Assembly: GCA_964525635.1 (NCBI GenBank)
Contig: CAZGJX010000126.1
Location: forward strand, 1 to 10,146
Length of the DNA: 10,146 nucleotides
From: an uncultured archaeon
GTDB lineage: Archaea; Asgardarchaeota; Lokiarchaeia; Sigyniarchaeales; SOKP01
Reading direction: 5' to 3'
Part shown: positions 1-7,803 of the stretch, piece after piece
Numbering within the stretch: position 1 is the first letter of the stretch
How the letters are laid out: the number at the start of each line of letters is the position of its first letter
Notes under the pieces: generated by a model
Databases searched by the model: none
Told to the model about the DNA's origin: nothing
The model's input: only the letters and a program-made list of their open reading frames with translations
Program-made: the position numbers and the translations under genes

Positions 1-149
1 GAAATTTAAAAAAACCGCTATTTTATAAATGATCCTTCTCTTGTAAAATTAGCCCTAAATTTAGATAATTTTATTATATATGTTTTTATTAATTCCTCCA
101 CTTAAGAAAATTTGTTAAAAACAAATGTAATAAAATGTATCCTTCAAAT

Positions 150-1877
150 CTAAATCATACTTATATAATAATAATTGAAAACGTTATGTTCATCGGAATA
201 CATTAGACTATAAGTAAAATTATCCTTCCAATCATTATAGACATGTAGAATCGTCTTATTTGTTATGTAATAATAATTACCATTTCCAATATCATTTATT
301 ATTTGCGTTTTTAGCATATCGAGATCAGTTGAGTCCTGCATTTCCAAAAAAGTACATTTTTCAAAGAAAAAATAATCTCCCATAATCACAGCGTTTCGAA
401 CTCTTGCATCTTCTTTAGCTATGTGTGAAATTAATGTATCATTTTCACCTAAATTAGCATTAATAATGATATAGAATTTATCGGGACTTTGCCATCTATA
501 AATATTTGGAGCTTGAAGCTTTAATAAAAAATATGCGTATGGTATTATAGATAAAGAAAAGACTATCGTTAATGTAAAATAGATATATTTATATTTAACG
601 TGAAATTTATGGAATAAGAAATTAATTTGCCAAATCTTATTTTTTCTCTTTAAAAATTCTATAAAATCATTTATAAAAAGAATACATAAAGCAATAAAAG
701 ATATTAAAATAGTATCCCATCGTTCGAATGCGGACGGTTGATACAGAATAGAATTTACAGAATGAAATACAATTGAGAAAATAAAGACAAAATAGATCAA
801 TTTTCTTTTTTTAATTACCATAAAGAAGAAAATAAGGATAAATAGTATAAACGAAAAAAAGAAAGCTGTATGGAGAATTGAATAAGAAAATCCTAAAAAC
901 AACGTTGAAATTCCTGTAGCAATCAGATGAATATATCCAAGAAGATCTTCTCCAGAATAAAGGATGAAATATTGATGCTGTTCTGAGTAAAATCCTCGAG
1001 TATAGTTATGAAAGTTAAAATAATCATAGAAATTCCAGCCTAAAGCTGTAGTATACCAAATAATTACTAATAAGACGAATAAACCTGTAACAAAAATTAT
1101 CTTTAAAAGAATTAATACCTTTATTTTCAATGAAATTCCGGTGCGTACAAAATTCAGTGATGGAAGAATATATTCTTTTATTAAATTATAATTTTAGGAG
1201 AAATATTCTAAAATAAATCAATTTATGCATTTTTATCACTAACATTTGTACCTACCCGAAATTCCTTTTTTAAATAGTATTAGAAAAACCAGAAATCCCT
1301 GAAGTACAGAAGATAAATGAGTGCAAATAGCAAATCCTAATGATATACCCATTAAGATTTCATACACCAATTTCTTTTTTTTATTACTAGTCTCAGGGAG
1401 TTTTATATATTTGATTAAGAAAAATATAAATAGGCAATCAAAGACCATGTTTAGAATGTTGTTTTCCATTACGGTTGTTAAATACCAGAATCCAAAATTG
1501 AATAGGATTAACATTGTACCAAAAATAGAAAGTATTAATTTTCGAGTAAGAGAATAGAGAAGGTTAAAAACAATAACAATGATTACAGCTGAAGATAAGG
1601 AATATAACATTGCTGCTCCAAAAAAGGGGTCCCAAATTCCGCTAACAAAGAAATAAAGGTCTGTAAATACTTTTATAAACCATGGTGCCAACATAGAAGG
1701 AGAATATAAATAAATTTCACCTTCATCCAGTCGGGTTAACACATTAATCGTATCTATATCAACCAAGACGAAACTTTTAATGAAATAAAAGAAGTAAGTT
1801 AAGATAGAGAGAAATAAGGTTATATTTATTGCTAAAAGTCCCGGTCTATTGAGTTGATGTGTCATTATTTTATCCAA
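150..1877 (-). pseudogene. GT-C-fold (ArnT/PMT/DUF2723-like) multi-pass membrane glycosyltransferase, interrupted by a MITE; reconstructed ~533 aa
   Basis: ORFs 1239..1877 and 150..1130 are in the same frame. Deleting the 126-bp insertion (element plus one target copy) gives ...LFKKGIS-LKIKVLILL... without a stop. There are many hydrophobic helices, GT-C-like segments (FWYLTTVMENNILNMVF, GISLGFAICTHLSS, FERW) and a soluble C-terminal domain. The family assignment is by motif resemblance only. Confidence 0.75.
1140..1256. mobile_element. 117-bp non-autonomous MITE with GGT...ACC ends
   Basis: Left end GGTGCGTACAAAATTCAGTGAT (1140-1161) vs reverse complement of right end GGTAGGTACAAATGTTAGTGAT (1235-1256): 17/22 identical. 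Flanked by direct repeats tGAAATTCC (1131-1139) and cGAAATTCC (1257-1265). No transposase coding capacity. Confidence 0.88.
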
Positions 1878-1987
1878 ATTTTTTACTCTTTCTTAAGTTA
1901 GGGAAAGCCTCTTATAGCAATTATTAAAGTTTTTACCTAATTAAAATTTTTATATTTTTTCTTTTTTATTTTGTTATGTATACTCTA

Positions 1988-2035
1988 TTTTTGTCAGTAA
2001 ATGTGGATTTTAATTTTGTCACTTTTTGTCAGTAA
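1988..2035. repeat. Direct repeat TTTTTGTCAGTAA x2 plus partial TTTTGTCA; candidate transposase-binding sites of an IS end
   Basis: Perfect 13-bp copies at 1988-2000 and 2023-2035, a partial copy at 2014-2021, and a TGT at 1977-1979 just outside. Lies ~80-135 bp downstream of the transposase remnant. Confidence 0.55.
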
Positions 2036-2113
2036 CATCGTGTTTTTTCTTCTTATTTTGGGATTAATAATTACATTAAATAAAAAAAAATAATTAAGGA
2101 ATAAAAATAGATT

Positions 2114-2308
2114 TTATAGATTTAAAGTTTTTATTAGTATATCGTTTAGGTACACTAATAGATTCTGGCCCTGGTTTTTCTCTTGTACCTCTACGGTCTC
2201 AACACCTAATTTATAGTCTATTGAATACCATTTTCCCTTATATGAGATAGTCCCATTTTTTCTAATTCTCCTAGTTTTATTACTTTCTTTCTTGGATGTG
2301 AATAACAC
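2114..2308 (-). pseudogene. C-terminal fragment of an IS481/IS21-like transposase (Mu-transposase C-terminal-like beta domain)
   Basis: TRRIRKNGTISYKGKWYSI...LGVETVEV...LLVY matches the R.V...G.I...G..Y.V pattern of Mu-transposase C-terminal domains. No DDE core is present upstream; the frame is closed by the TAA at 2333-2335. Confidence 0.6.
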
Positions 2309-2332
2309 TTGATAAGAATGGGTTATTAATAT

Positions 2333-2887
2333 TTATATTGCCATAAGTAATTTCTCATAACTACATCTTGTTTGAATTTCCATAGATGTTCTTATGAATT
2401 TTCTAATAAATTTTGTGAGAGCTCTCTGGAATTTTTTGTATGAATCAAAAAATGTGTTATGGGTTACCTGTTTGCGTAAAAATTTCCAAAACCATTCCAT
2501 TGAATTCAGATCAGGAGAATAGGGGGGTAAATAAAGGAGTTCAAGCTTTTCTTCATTAGCTTTTAGAAAAAGTTGGAGTACTTTAGCTTGATGAATTCGA
2601 GCGTTGTCCAAGATCATAAGAATCTTTCCTGAATCCTTATATCTATAAAGAAGACCTTCAAGAAAATGTTGGAATTGCTCTGTTTTCAAAGTATCAGAAA
2701 ATGCCACGTGTACTCTTCCAGCTTTTGGGTCTACAGCACCAATGAGGTTTTGACGTAATCGACTACTCGATGTGAACACTTCTGGTTGCAGACCTTTTAA
2801 AGACCAGGTGCGCGTGATTGTTGGAGAAAATTGAACACTTGCCTCATCTTGAAATAACACTACATCGTCGGGTTTGAGAGAATCCAC
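2333..2887 (-). CDS. IS630 transposase OrfB (DDE catalytic domain), probably translated as a -1 frameshift fusion with OrfA
   Basis: FQDEASV, MILDNARIH and LPPYSPDLNSMEWFW motifs give an intact D-D-E triad. Confidence 0.92.
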   Translation of the reverse strand: MDSLKPDDVVLFQDEASVQFSPTITRTWSLKGLQPEVFTSSSRLRQNLIGAVDPKAGRVHVAFSDTLKTEQFQHFLEGLLYRYKDSGKILMILDNARIHQAKVLQLFLKANEEKLELLYLPPYSPDLNSMEWFWKFLRKQVTHNTFFDSYKKFQRALTKFIRKFIRTSMEIQTRCSYEKLLMAI

Positions 2888-3408
2888 TTTTTTTGGAATT
2901 GGTAGATGAATTTTACTTGTTGCTTCGGATCTGCTTTTTTAAAGCGATACTTTGGACGTTGTAGCGTAAATCCCAATTCATGAAGTAATCTATGAGCTTG
3001 CCGAGCTCCTAATTCTACGTCAAATTTCTTACTTATGTGAAATGCAACACTTTTTGCTTCCCAATTACTAAATTCATACCCCAATTCATGGGGGTGAGTA
3101 CACACATCATCTCGTAATATCACTTTTTGTTCTTTTGTAAGACGAGAGGCTCGTCCAGGAGGAAGAATGGGAACAATTGCATCTAAACCTCCTTTATTAA
3201 ACGCATGAAGCAAATTAAGTACTGTCCTCCTTGATCGTTTTATTATTTTTGCGACTTCAGTACAATTATTTCCTTCACAGAGTAAATAAAGAGCTTGATA
3301 TCGTTCTTTTAGCCGTAGATCTTCCTCTTTTCTATAATATTCGACCATTTCATCATGATTAGGTGATTTTCTCGTGATTTGAAGTGGTTTCATATGATAA
3401 AATATCAT
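2860..3408 (-). CDS. IS630 transposase OrfA (HTH and winged-HTH DNA-binding part)
   Basis: RYQALYL...EVAKIIKRSRRTV...GGLDAI...PGRASRLT...W...LLHELGFTLQRP is a typical IS630 N-terminus. Alternative ATG at 3393. Confidence 0.9.
   Translation of the reverse strand: MIFYHMKPLQITRKSPNHDEMVEYYRKEEDLRLKERYQALYLLCEGNNCTEVAKIIKRSRRTVLNLLHAFNKGGLDAIVPILPPGRASRLTKEQKVILRDDVCTHPHELGYEFSNWEAKSVAFHISKKFDVELGARQAHRLLHELGFTLQRPKYRFKKADPKQQVKFIYQFQKKWILSNPTM
2887..2893 (-). promoter_or_regulatory. -1 programmed frameshift heptamer A AAA AAG
   Basis: Minus strand reads TTC CAA AAA AAG TGG in the OrfA frame; a -1 shift gives AAA GTG GAT, the OrfB frame. Confidence 0.8.
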
Positions 3409-3541
3409 ATTGAATATTATATAATAGAATATTCTCTAGGTGATATGATCGAATAAATGAGAAAAAATCTATGTCATTATAAATAACTTCCATAATCCTT
3501 TTTAAAAAAGCTTTATTACCTTTTTATAATCTTTTTAAAGA

Positions 3542-3566
3542 AGAACTATGTAAATTATATAGTTCT
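3542..3566. promoter_or_regulatory. Palindromic candidate transcription-factor operator upstream of the ABC operon
   Basis: AGAACTAT (3542-3549) N9 ATAGTTCT (3559-3566): perfect 8-bp arms, with further TA/TA symmetry in the spacer. Confidence 0.35.
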
Positions 3567-3684
3567 ATATATAATATTTGTATTAATTTAATAAGTAAAA
3601 AACCTCTATAAACCTCAATACATAGAACAATATTTTATAAATTTTAAATAAAATAGATACTAAGTATTTAATATATCAACTTAT

Positions 3685-3786
3685 ATGAAAATAAAAATTA
3701 TTTTTATTGCAGTTTTAATTATAGGGATATTTGCAGGTATTTCTTACGTCTTATTGGATAATTATATCCGTTCATTTATTTCATAA
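3685..3786 (+). CDS. Putative 33-aa single-pass membrane peptide (below the ORF-track cutoff)
   Basis: ATG..TAA ORF MKIKIIFIAVLIIGIFAGISYVLLDNYIRSFIS, with a basic N-terminus then ~20 hydrophobic residues; ends 43 bp before the SBP gene on the same strand. Confidence 0.45.
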   Translation: MKIKIIFIAVLIIGIFAGISYVLLDNYIRSFIS

Positions 3787-3829
3787 TCTCAATTAAATTA
3801 TTCAAATAAAAAATATAGTTATTTTAACG

Positions 3830-4951
3830 ATGATTAAATCTCGTAAAATTAAAAAAAATAATAAACTAAAAATCGTAAGCTTTTTTATCTTAGGATTTTT
3901 TATTGGTATCATTTCAACTTATATTATTATAGGAAGTGAGGATTCCACACACATTACTATTATTTATAGTTCCGAAAAAGCTAGTTGGATAAGTGTAGCA
4001 TATAATGACTTTTTGGATGAGTGGGAAAAAAATCATCCCAATGATAAGATAACAATTGATCTACATCCTTATGGTTCGAGTGACTCTTTAATCAGTATTT
4101 TGAATGGTGAAATTTTTCCTACTATTTGGAGTCCAGCAAGCTCAATATGGATGCCCATATTAAATTCAAAATGGGCTGAATTAACGAAGAGTAAAACTCC
4201 GATTGTAAATATAAGCGAAGCTGTAAAAATAATTTATTCTCCAATTGTTATTGCTACATGGGAATCAATAAATCAAACATATAATATAAAAGGATTTTCA
4301 GACCTCTATAATTTAAATCTAAATCCTAATGTAAATTTAAAAATGGCTCATACAGATCCAAGATTATCTAATTCTGGATTTATGACGACTATTATGGCCC
4401 TCTCTACAGCTTCAGGTACACCTTCAGAAAATTTAACAATGAATGATCTTACAAATGTTATGAATCAAAACTGGTTAAAAGTTTTTGAATCAAGTGCTGT
4501 TATGTATGGAAAATCCACAGGTTTTCTTGCTACATATATGGAAGAGGGAGGCCCTAATACTTTAAGCATAGCTTTTCTCTATGAGAATTTAATTAAAGAT
4601 ATATATAATTCTGCTACTGGAGGTAAGATTATCGCTATCTATCCTGAAGAAGGAACATTATATAGTGATCATCCCTTTTGTATATTAAACTCCAATTGGA
4701 TCTCAGCAAAACAACGATATGTAGCAGAAGAGTTTCTTAAATTTCTTAAGGAAACTAGAACAGTAGAATCAGCTATGAAATATGGATTTAGACCTATTAA
4801 TTCATCAATTACCTTAGATCCCGAAGTATTTAATTATGAAAAAAATGGGATCGCATATAACATAACAGTTCCCGAATTAAACGCTCCAAAAGATGGAGAT
4901 GTATTATTGAGAATTCCGGATTTATGGTTATTATGTAAAGCTAACGGCTAA
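3830..4951 (+). CDS. Membrane-anchored ABC substrate-binding protein (PBP type II, SBP_bac_11-like; subfamily often fused to vWA)
   Basis: N-terminal basic stretch plus TM helix; motifs IIYSSEKASW, PTIWSPASSIW, SPIVIA, HTDPRLSNSG, STGFL, LYENLI, IYPEEGTLYSDHPF, YGFRP. First large gene of an ABC operon. Confidence 0.85.
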   Translation: MIKSRKIKKNNKLKIVSFFILGFFIGIISTYIIIGSEDSTHITIIYSSEKASWISVAYNDFLDEWEKNHPNDKITIDLHPYGSSDSLISILNGEIFPTIWSPASSIWMPILNSKWAELTKSKTPIVNISEAVKIIYSPIVIATWESINQTYNIKGFSDLYNLNLNPNVNLKMAHTDPRLSNSGFMTTIMALSTASGTPSENLTMNDLTNVMNQNWLKVFESSAVMYGKSTGFLATYMEEGGPNTLSIAFLYENLIKDIYNSATGGKIIAIYPEEGTLYSDHPFCILNSNWISAKQRYVAEEFLKFLKETRTVESAMKYGFRPINSSITLDPEVFNYEKNGIAYNITVPELNAPKDGDVLLRIPDLWLLCKANG

Positions 4952-4976
4952 AATATTATAAAAAAAAAGGATAAAA

Positions 4977-6638
4977 TTGAGTAAACAAGAAATTATTTTA
5001 GAACCATCCGAATTAGAAAAAGAAGCTAAATTATCCTTAGCTTTAAGAATAGATCGGTTTTTTTCAAAACCTTTATATAGGAAAGGTCTCGATGCAATAA
5101 CAATTATATTTTTTGTTATAATAGTAATTGGACCTGTTATATATATTTTTTTTAATATCTTCTTAAATATTCCATCTATAAATGAAGATATATTTAATGA
5201 TGAGTTAATAGGAGATTTACAATGGAATATTATTTTAAAATCTTTAGTAAATTCATTTTCCATTGCAGGATTAGCTGTAAGTATTGATATAATATTAGCT
5301 TTTCCTATATCCATAATATTGACACGATATAATTTTAAAGGCAAAAAATTATTAGATTCCCTAATTGACCTACCTTTAGCAGTTCCTACAGGTTCTCTTG
5401 GAATATCAGTATTATTATTCTGGGGTTTATTTGGTATTACACCTGGATATAATTTAGTATTATTTGGTCATATAATTTTTACATTCCCTTATATTGTCAG
5501 AAATATGAAAATTGTATTAGAAAAAGCTGATACTCTTTATGATGATGCGGCTAGAACTCTTGGAGCTCCTGGATTTACTGTTTTTAGAACTATAACTCTT
5601 CCATTAATGAAAGAAGGAATCATAGCAGGAGCAATCCTAGGTTTTACGCGAAGTCTAGGAGAAACAGGTGCAACTATTATTCTTTCTGGATTAATTGATA
5701 CAGCTCCTCTTGTAATTGTAGGATTTCGTAGACAATTAAAATTACCTTCAGCTTCATTCTTGGCTGGAATCATGATAGCAATTTCTTTAATATTATTATT
5801 TTCAGTAAAATTTTTTACAAGAAAAGTGGGATTTCCAGTTAAAAAAGTATGGCCGAAAATAGAAAAAAAATTAAGTAATAATTATTTACGCCATCTTAGA
5901 AATATATTAGCAATTATTTTTTTACTTCTTTTAATAATTATTCCATCATTTTATATTCTCTCTCAGATTTCAGGTCCAGAAATCTCGGAACAAATGTTTG
6001 CTGAGGATAATAAATGGGCTTTTTTATATATAGCTTTCATGAATTCCATTCAAATAGCAGGTTTGGCTGTTTTAATCAATCTTATATTCGGAATACCATT
6101 GGCCTTCATTATTGTACGACGAAAATGGGGGAGAGCAATTGCAATTTTAGATACTCTGCTCGATGTTCCAATAGCAATTCCTTCTGCTGCTCTAGGATTT
6201 ACAATATTTTTGTTTTGGGGGCCTCAAGGAATTAATTTATTTTACCCCGGATTTTTCATGATATTATTGGTACATATTACATTTACGTTTCCATATATGG
6301 TTAGACCTATTATTGGTGTTCTCGAAAGATCCAACAAAGGTGTAGAAGAAGCAGCACGTACACTCGGAGCTTCTAATTTAACAGTATTTAGAAAAATAAC
6401 TCTTCCTAATATTAAACAGGGTATTATTGCAGGTGGAATTATGGTATTTACCCGTTCTATTGGGGAAACGGGTGCAACTATTGTTGTGATGGGAGGTATT
6501 AGAACTATACCTGTTTTAATTGTAGATTGGGTTGAAGCTAGTGCTATACCAAGTGCTATATTTGCTAGTTTAATTGCTATTATTTTTTGTGCTATTCTAA
6601 TTATTTTATTAAGAACAACAAGAACAGGAGTTGTATAA
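4977..6638 (+). CDS. ABC importer permease with two fused BPD_transp_1 domains (ModB/CysT-CysW/WtpB/FbpB-like)
   Basis: Internal duplication: LIDLPLAVP/LLDVPIAIP, HIIFTFPY/HITFTFPY, DDAARTLGA/EEAARTLGA (EAA loops), RSLGETGATI/RSIGETGATI. TTG start with AAGGA upstream. Confidence 0.93.
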   Translation: MSKQEIILEPSELEKEAKLSLALRIDRFFSKPLYRKGLDAITIIFFVIIVIGPVIYIFFNIFLNIPSINEDIFNDELIGDLQWNIILKSLVNSFSIAGLAVSIDIILAFPISIILTRYNFKGKKLLDSLIDLPLAVPTGSLGISVLLFWGLFGITPGYNLVLFGHIIFTFPYIVRNMKIVLEKADTLYDDAARTLGAPGFTVFRTITLPLMKEGIIAGAILGFTRSLGETGATIILSGLIDTAPLVIVGFRRQLKLPSASFLAGIMIAISLILLFSVKFFTRKVGFPVKKVWPKIEKKLSNNYLRHLRNILAIIFLLLLIIIPSFYILSQISGPEISEQMFAEDNKWAFLYIAFMNSIQIAGLAVLINLIFGIPLAFIIVRRKWGRAIAILDTLLDVPIAIPSAALGFTIFLFWGPQGINLFYPGFFMILLVHITFTFPYMVRPIIGVLERSNKGVEEAARTLGASNLTVFRKITLPNIKQGIIAGGIMVFTRSIGETGATIVVMGGIRTIPVLIVDWVEASAIPSAIFASLIAIIFCAILIILLRTTRTGVV

Positions 6639-6640
6639 TT

Positions 6641-7786
6641 ATGCCAGCAATTGAATTAAAAAATATAACAAAAACATTTGAAGAAGGAAAAGTTTTAGCT
6701 GTTGATGATATATCTCTCAAGATTAATGAAGGAGATTATATATTTCTTCTTGGACCAAGTGGATGTGGTAAAACAACAACACTAAGAATGATTGCGGGAC
6801 TTGAAATACCTACGCAAGGAAGAGTGTTTATAGATGATAAAGACATCGAAGGAATTCCTCCTGAAGATAGAGATATGGGATTTATATTCCAACAGTTTGA
6901 AATATTCGAGAATATGACTATTTGGCAAAATGTAACTTTTGGTTTAGAGATGCGTGGTTATCCAGATAATTATATTATAAATAAGGCTGAAGAAACTTTA
7001 AAATTGGTAGGTTTGCTAGAATATGCAGATAACTATCCAAATATTTTTGGTGAACCTGGTTTGCAGAAGTTAGGAATTGCACGTGCAATTGCTGCAGGAG
7101 CAAAAATATTAATTATGGATGAACCTTTAGGATCGCTTGATCCAAAAGTTTCAAAAGTTTTCCGCCACGAATTTAGGAACTTGATTAAAGATTTAAGATT
7201 AACTGCTATACAAGTCACTCATAATCAGGAACAAGCTATGGCTGTCGCAGATAAGATAATTGTAATGAGAGCTGGTAAAATACTTCAAATGGGAACTCCT
7301 TATGAATTATATGAAAATCCTCAAAGTATTTTTGTTGCTAATTTTCTAGGTGAGACAAATTTTCTTCAGGGATTTGTTTTAAAATTATTTGAAGAAGAAA
7401 AAATGGAAGTATGGATAAGATTAGGTGGACCAAGAATAATATGCAATAATCCAAATAATAAATTTAAACTAGATGATAATATAATTATTGGATTTCGTTT
7501 TGAAGATGTATATATATTTCCAAAAGATTTTAATTTTGATAAAAGTCCACATGATTGGTCTCATATACAAATATTTTCTGCTAAATTAGAATCTTCTAAA
7601 TTTATTGGAGCAACGAAAAGATTTTATTTATCTTTAGAAAGTGGTGATAAATTCATTTCTATTAAACCTGGTAATTTTGAAGAAAATTACCAAATTGGTG
7701 ATGAATTAATAATTGGTATTCATAGAGGTGATGTCCATGTATTTGAATCTCCTAAAGATTTTTTACATGAAATATCCTTAATGTAA
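6641..7786 (+). CDS. ABC ATPase 1 (PotA/CysA/MalK-like with TOBE-type C-terminus), degenerate signature motif; 381 aa
   Basis: Start reassigned to ATG 6641 (AGGAG at 6626-6630, 2 bp after the permease stop). Walker A GPSGCGKT, Q-loop FQ, Walker B ILIMDE, H-loop VTHN; the signature reads FGEPG instead of LSGGQ. Confidence 0.93.
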   Translation: MPAIELKNITKTFEEGKVLAVDDISLKINEGDYIFLLGPSGCGKTTTLRMIAGLEIPTQGRVFIDDKDIEGIPPEDRDMGFIFQQFEIFENMTIWQNVTFGLEMRGYPDNYIINKAEETLKLVGLLEYADNYPNIFGEPGLQKLGIARAIAAGAKILIMDEPLGSLDPKVSKVFRHEFRNLIKDLRLTAIQVTHNQEQAMAVADKIIVMRAGKILQMGTPYELYENPQSIFVANFLGETNFLQGFVLKLFEEEKMEVWIRLGGPRIICNNPNNKFKLDDNIIIGFRFEDVYIFPKDFNFDKSPHDWSHIQIFSAKLESSKFIGATKRFYLSLESGDKFISIKPGNFEENYQIGDELIIGIHRGDVHVFESPKDFLHEISLM

Positions 7787-7803
7787 TTAAGTTGGTGAGA
7801 TAA

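Larger units (their letters stand above)
2334..3481 (-). mobile_element. Complete IS630-family insertion sequence (2336-3479, 1144 bp) with TA target duplication
   Basis: Terminal inverted repeats TATATTGCCATAAGTAATTTCTCA (2334-2357) and TGAGAAAAAATCTATGTCATTATA (3458-3481), 18/24 matching including the flanking TA. Encloses two overlapping transposase ORFs. Confidence 0.9.

Noticed and set aside
1128-1130. TTG start of the 326-aa ORF as an independent gene
   Set aside because: No RBS; it is the Leu codon immediately after the target duplication of the interrupted gene.
1321-1557. 78-aa plus-strand ORF
   Set aside because: Antisense shadow of the membrane-protein gene with no recognisable features.
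1988-2035. Possible CRISPR mini-array
   Set aside because: Only two 13-bp repeats with a 22-bp gap, too short for CRISPR, and no cas genes in the window.
6587-6640. N-terminal extension MCYSNYF... of ATPase 1 in the ORF track
   Set aside because: Overlaps the permease 3' end; ATG 6641 has an AGGAG RBS and gives a normal NBD N-terminus (MPAIELKNITK).
7046-7060. ATPase 1 as a decaying pseudogene because of the lost signature
   Set aside because: The reading frame and all other motifs are intact, and the defect is complemented in a site-specific way by ATPase 2.
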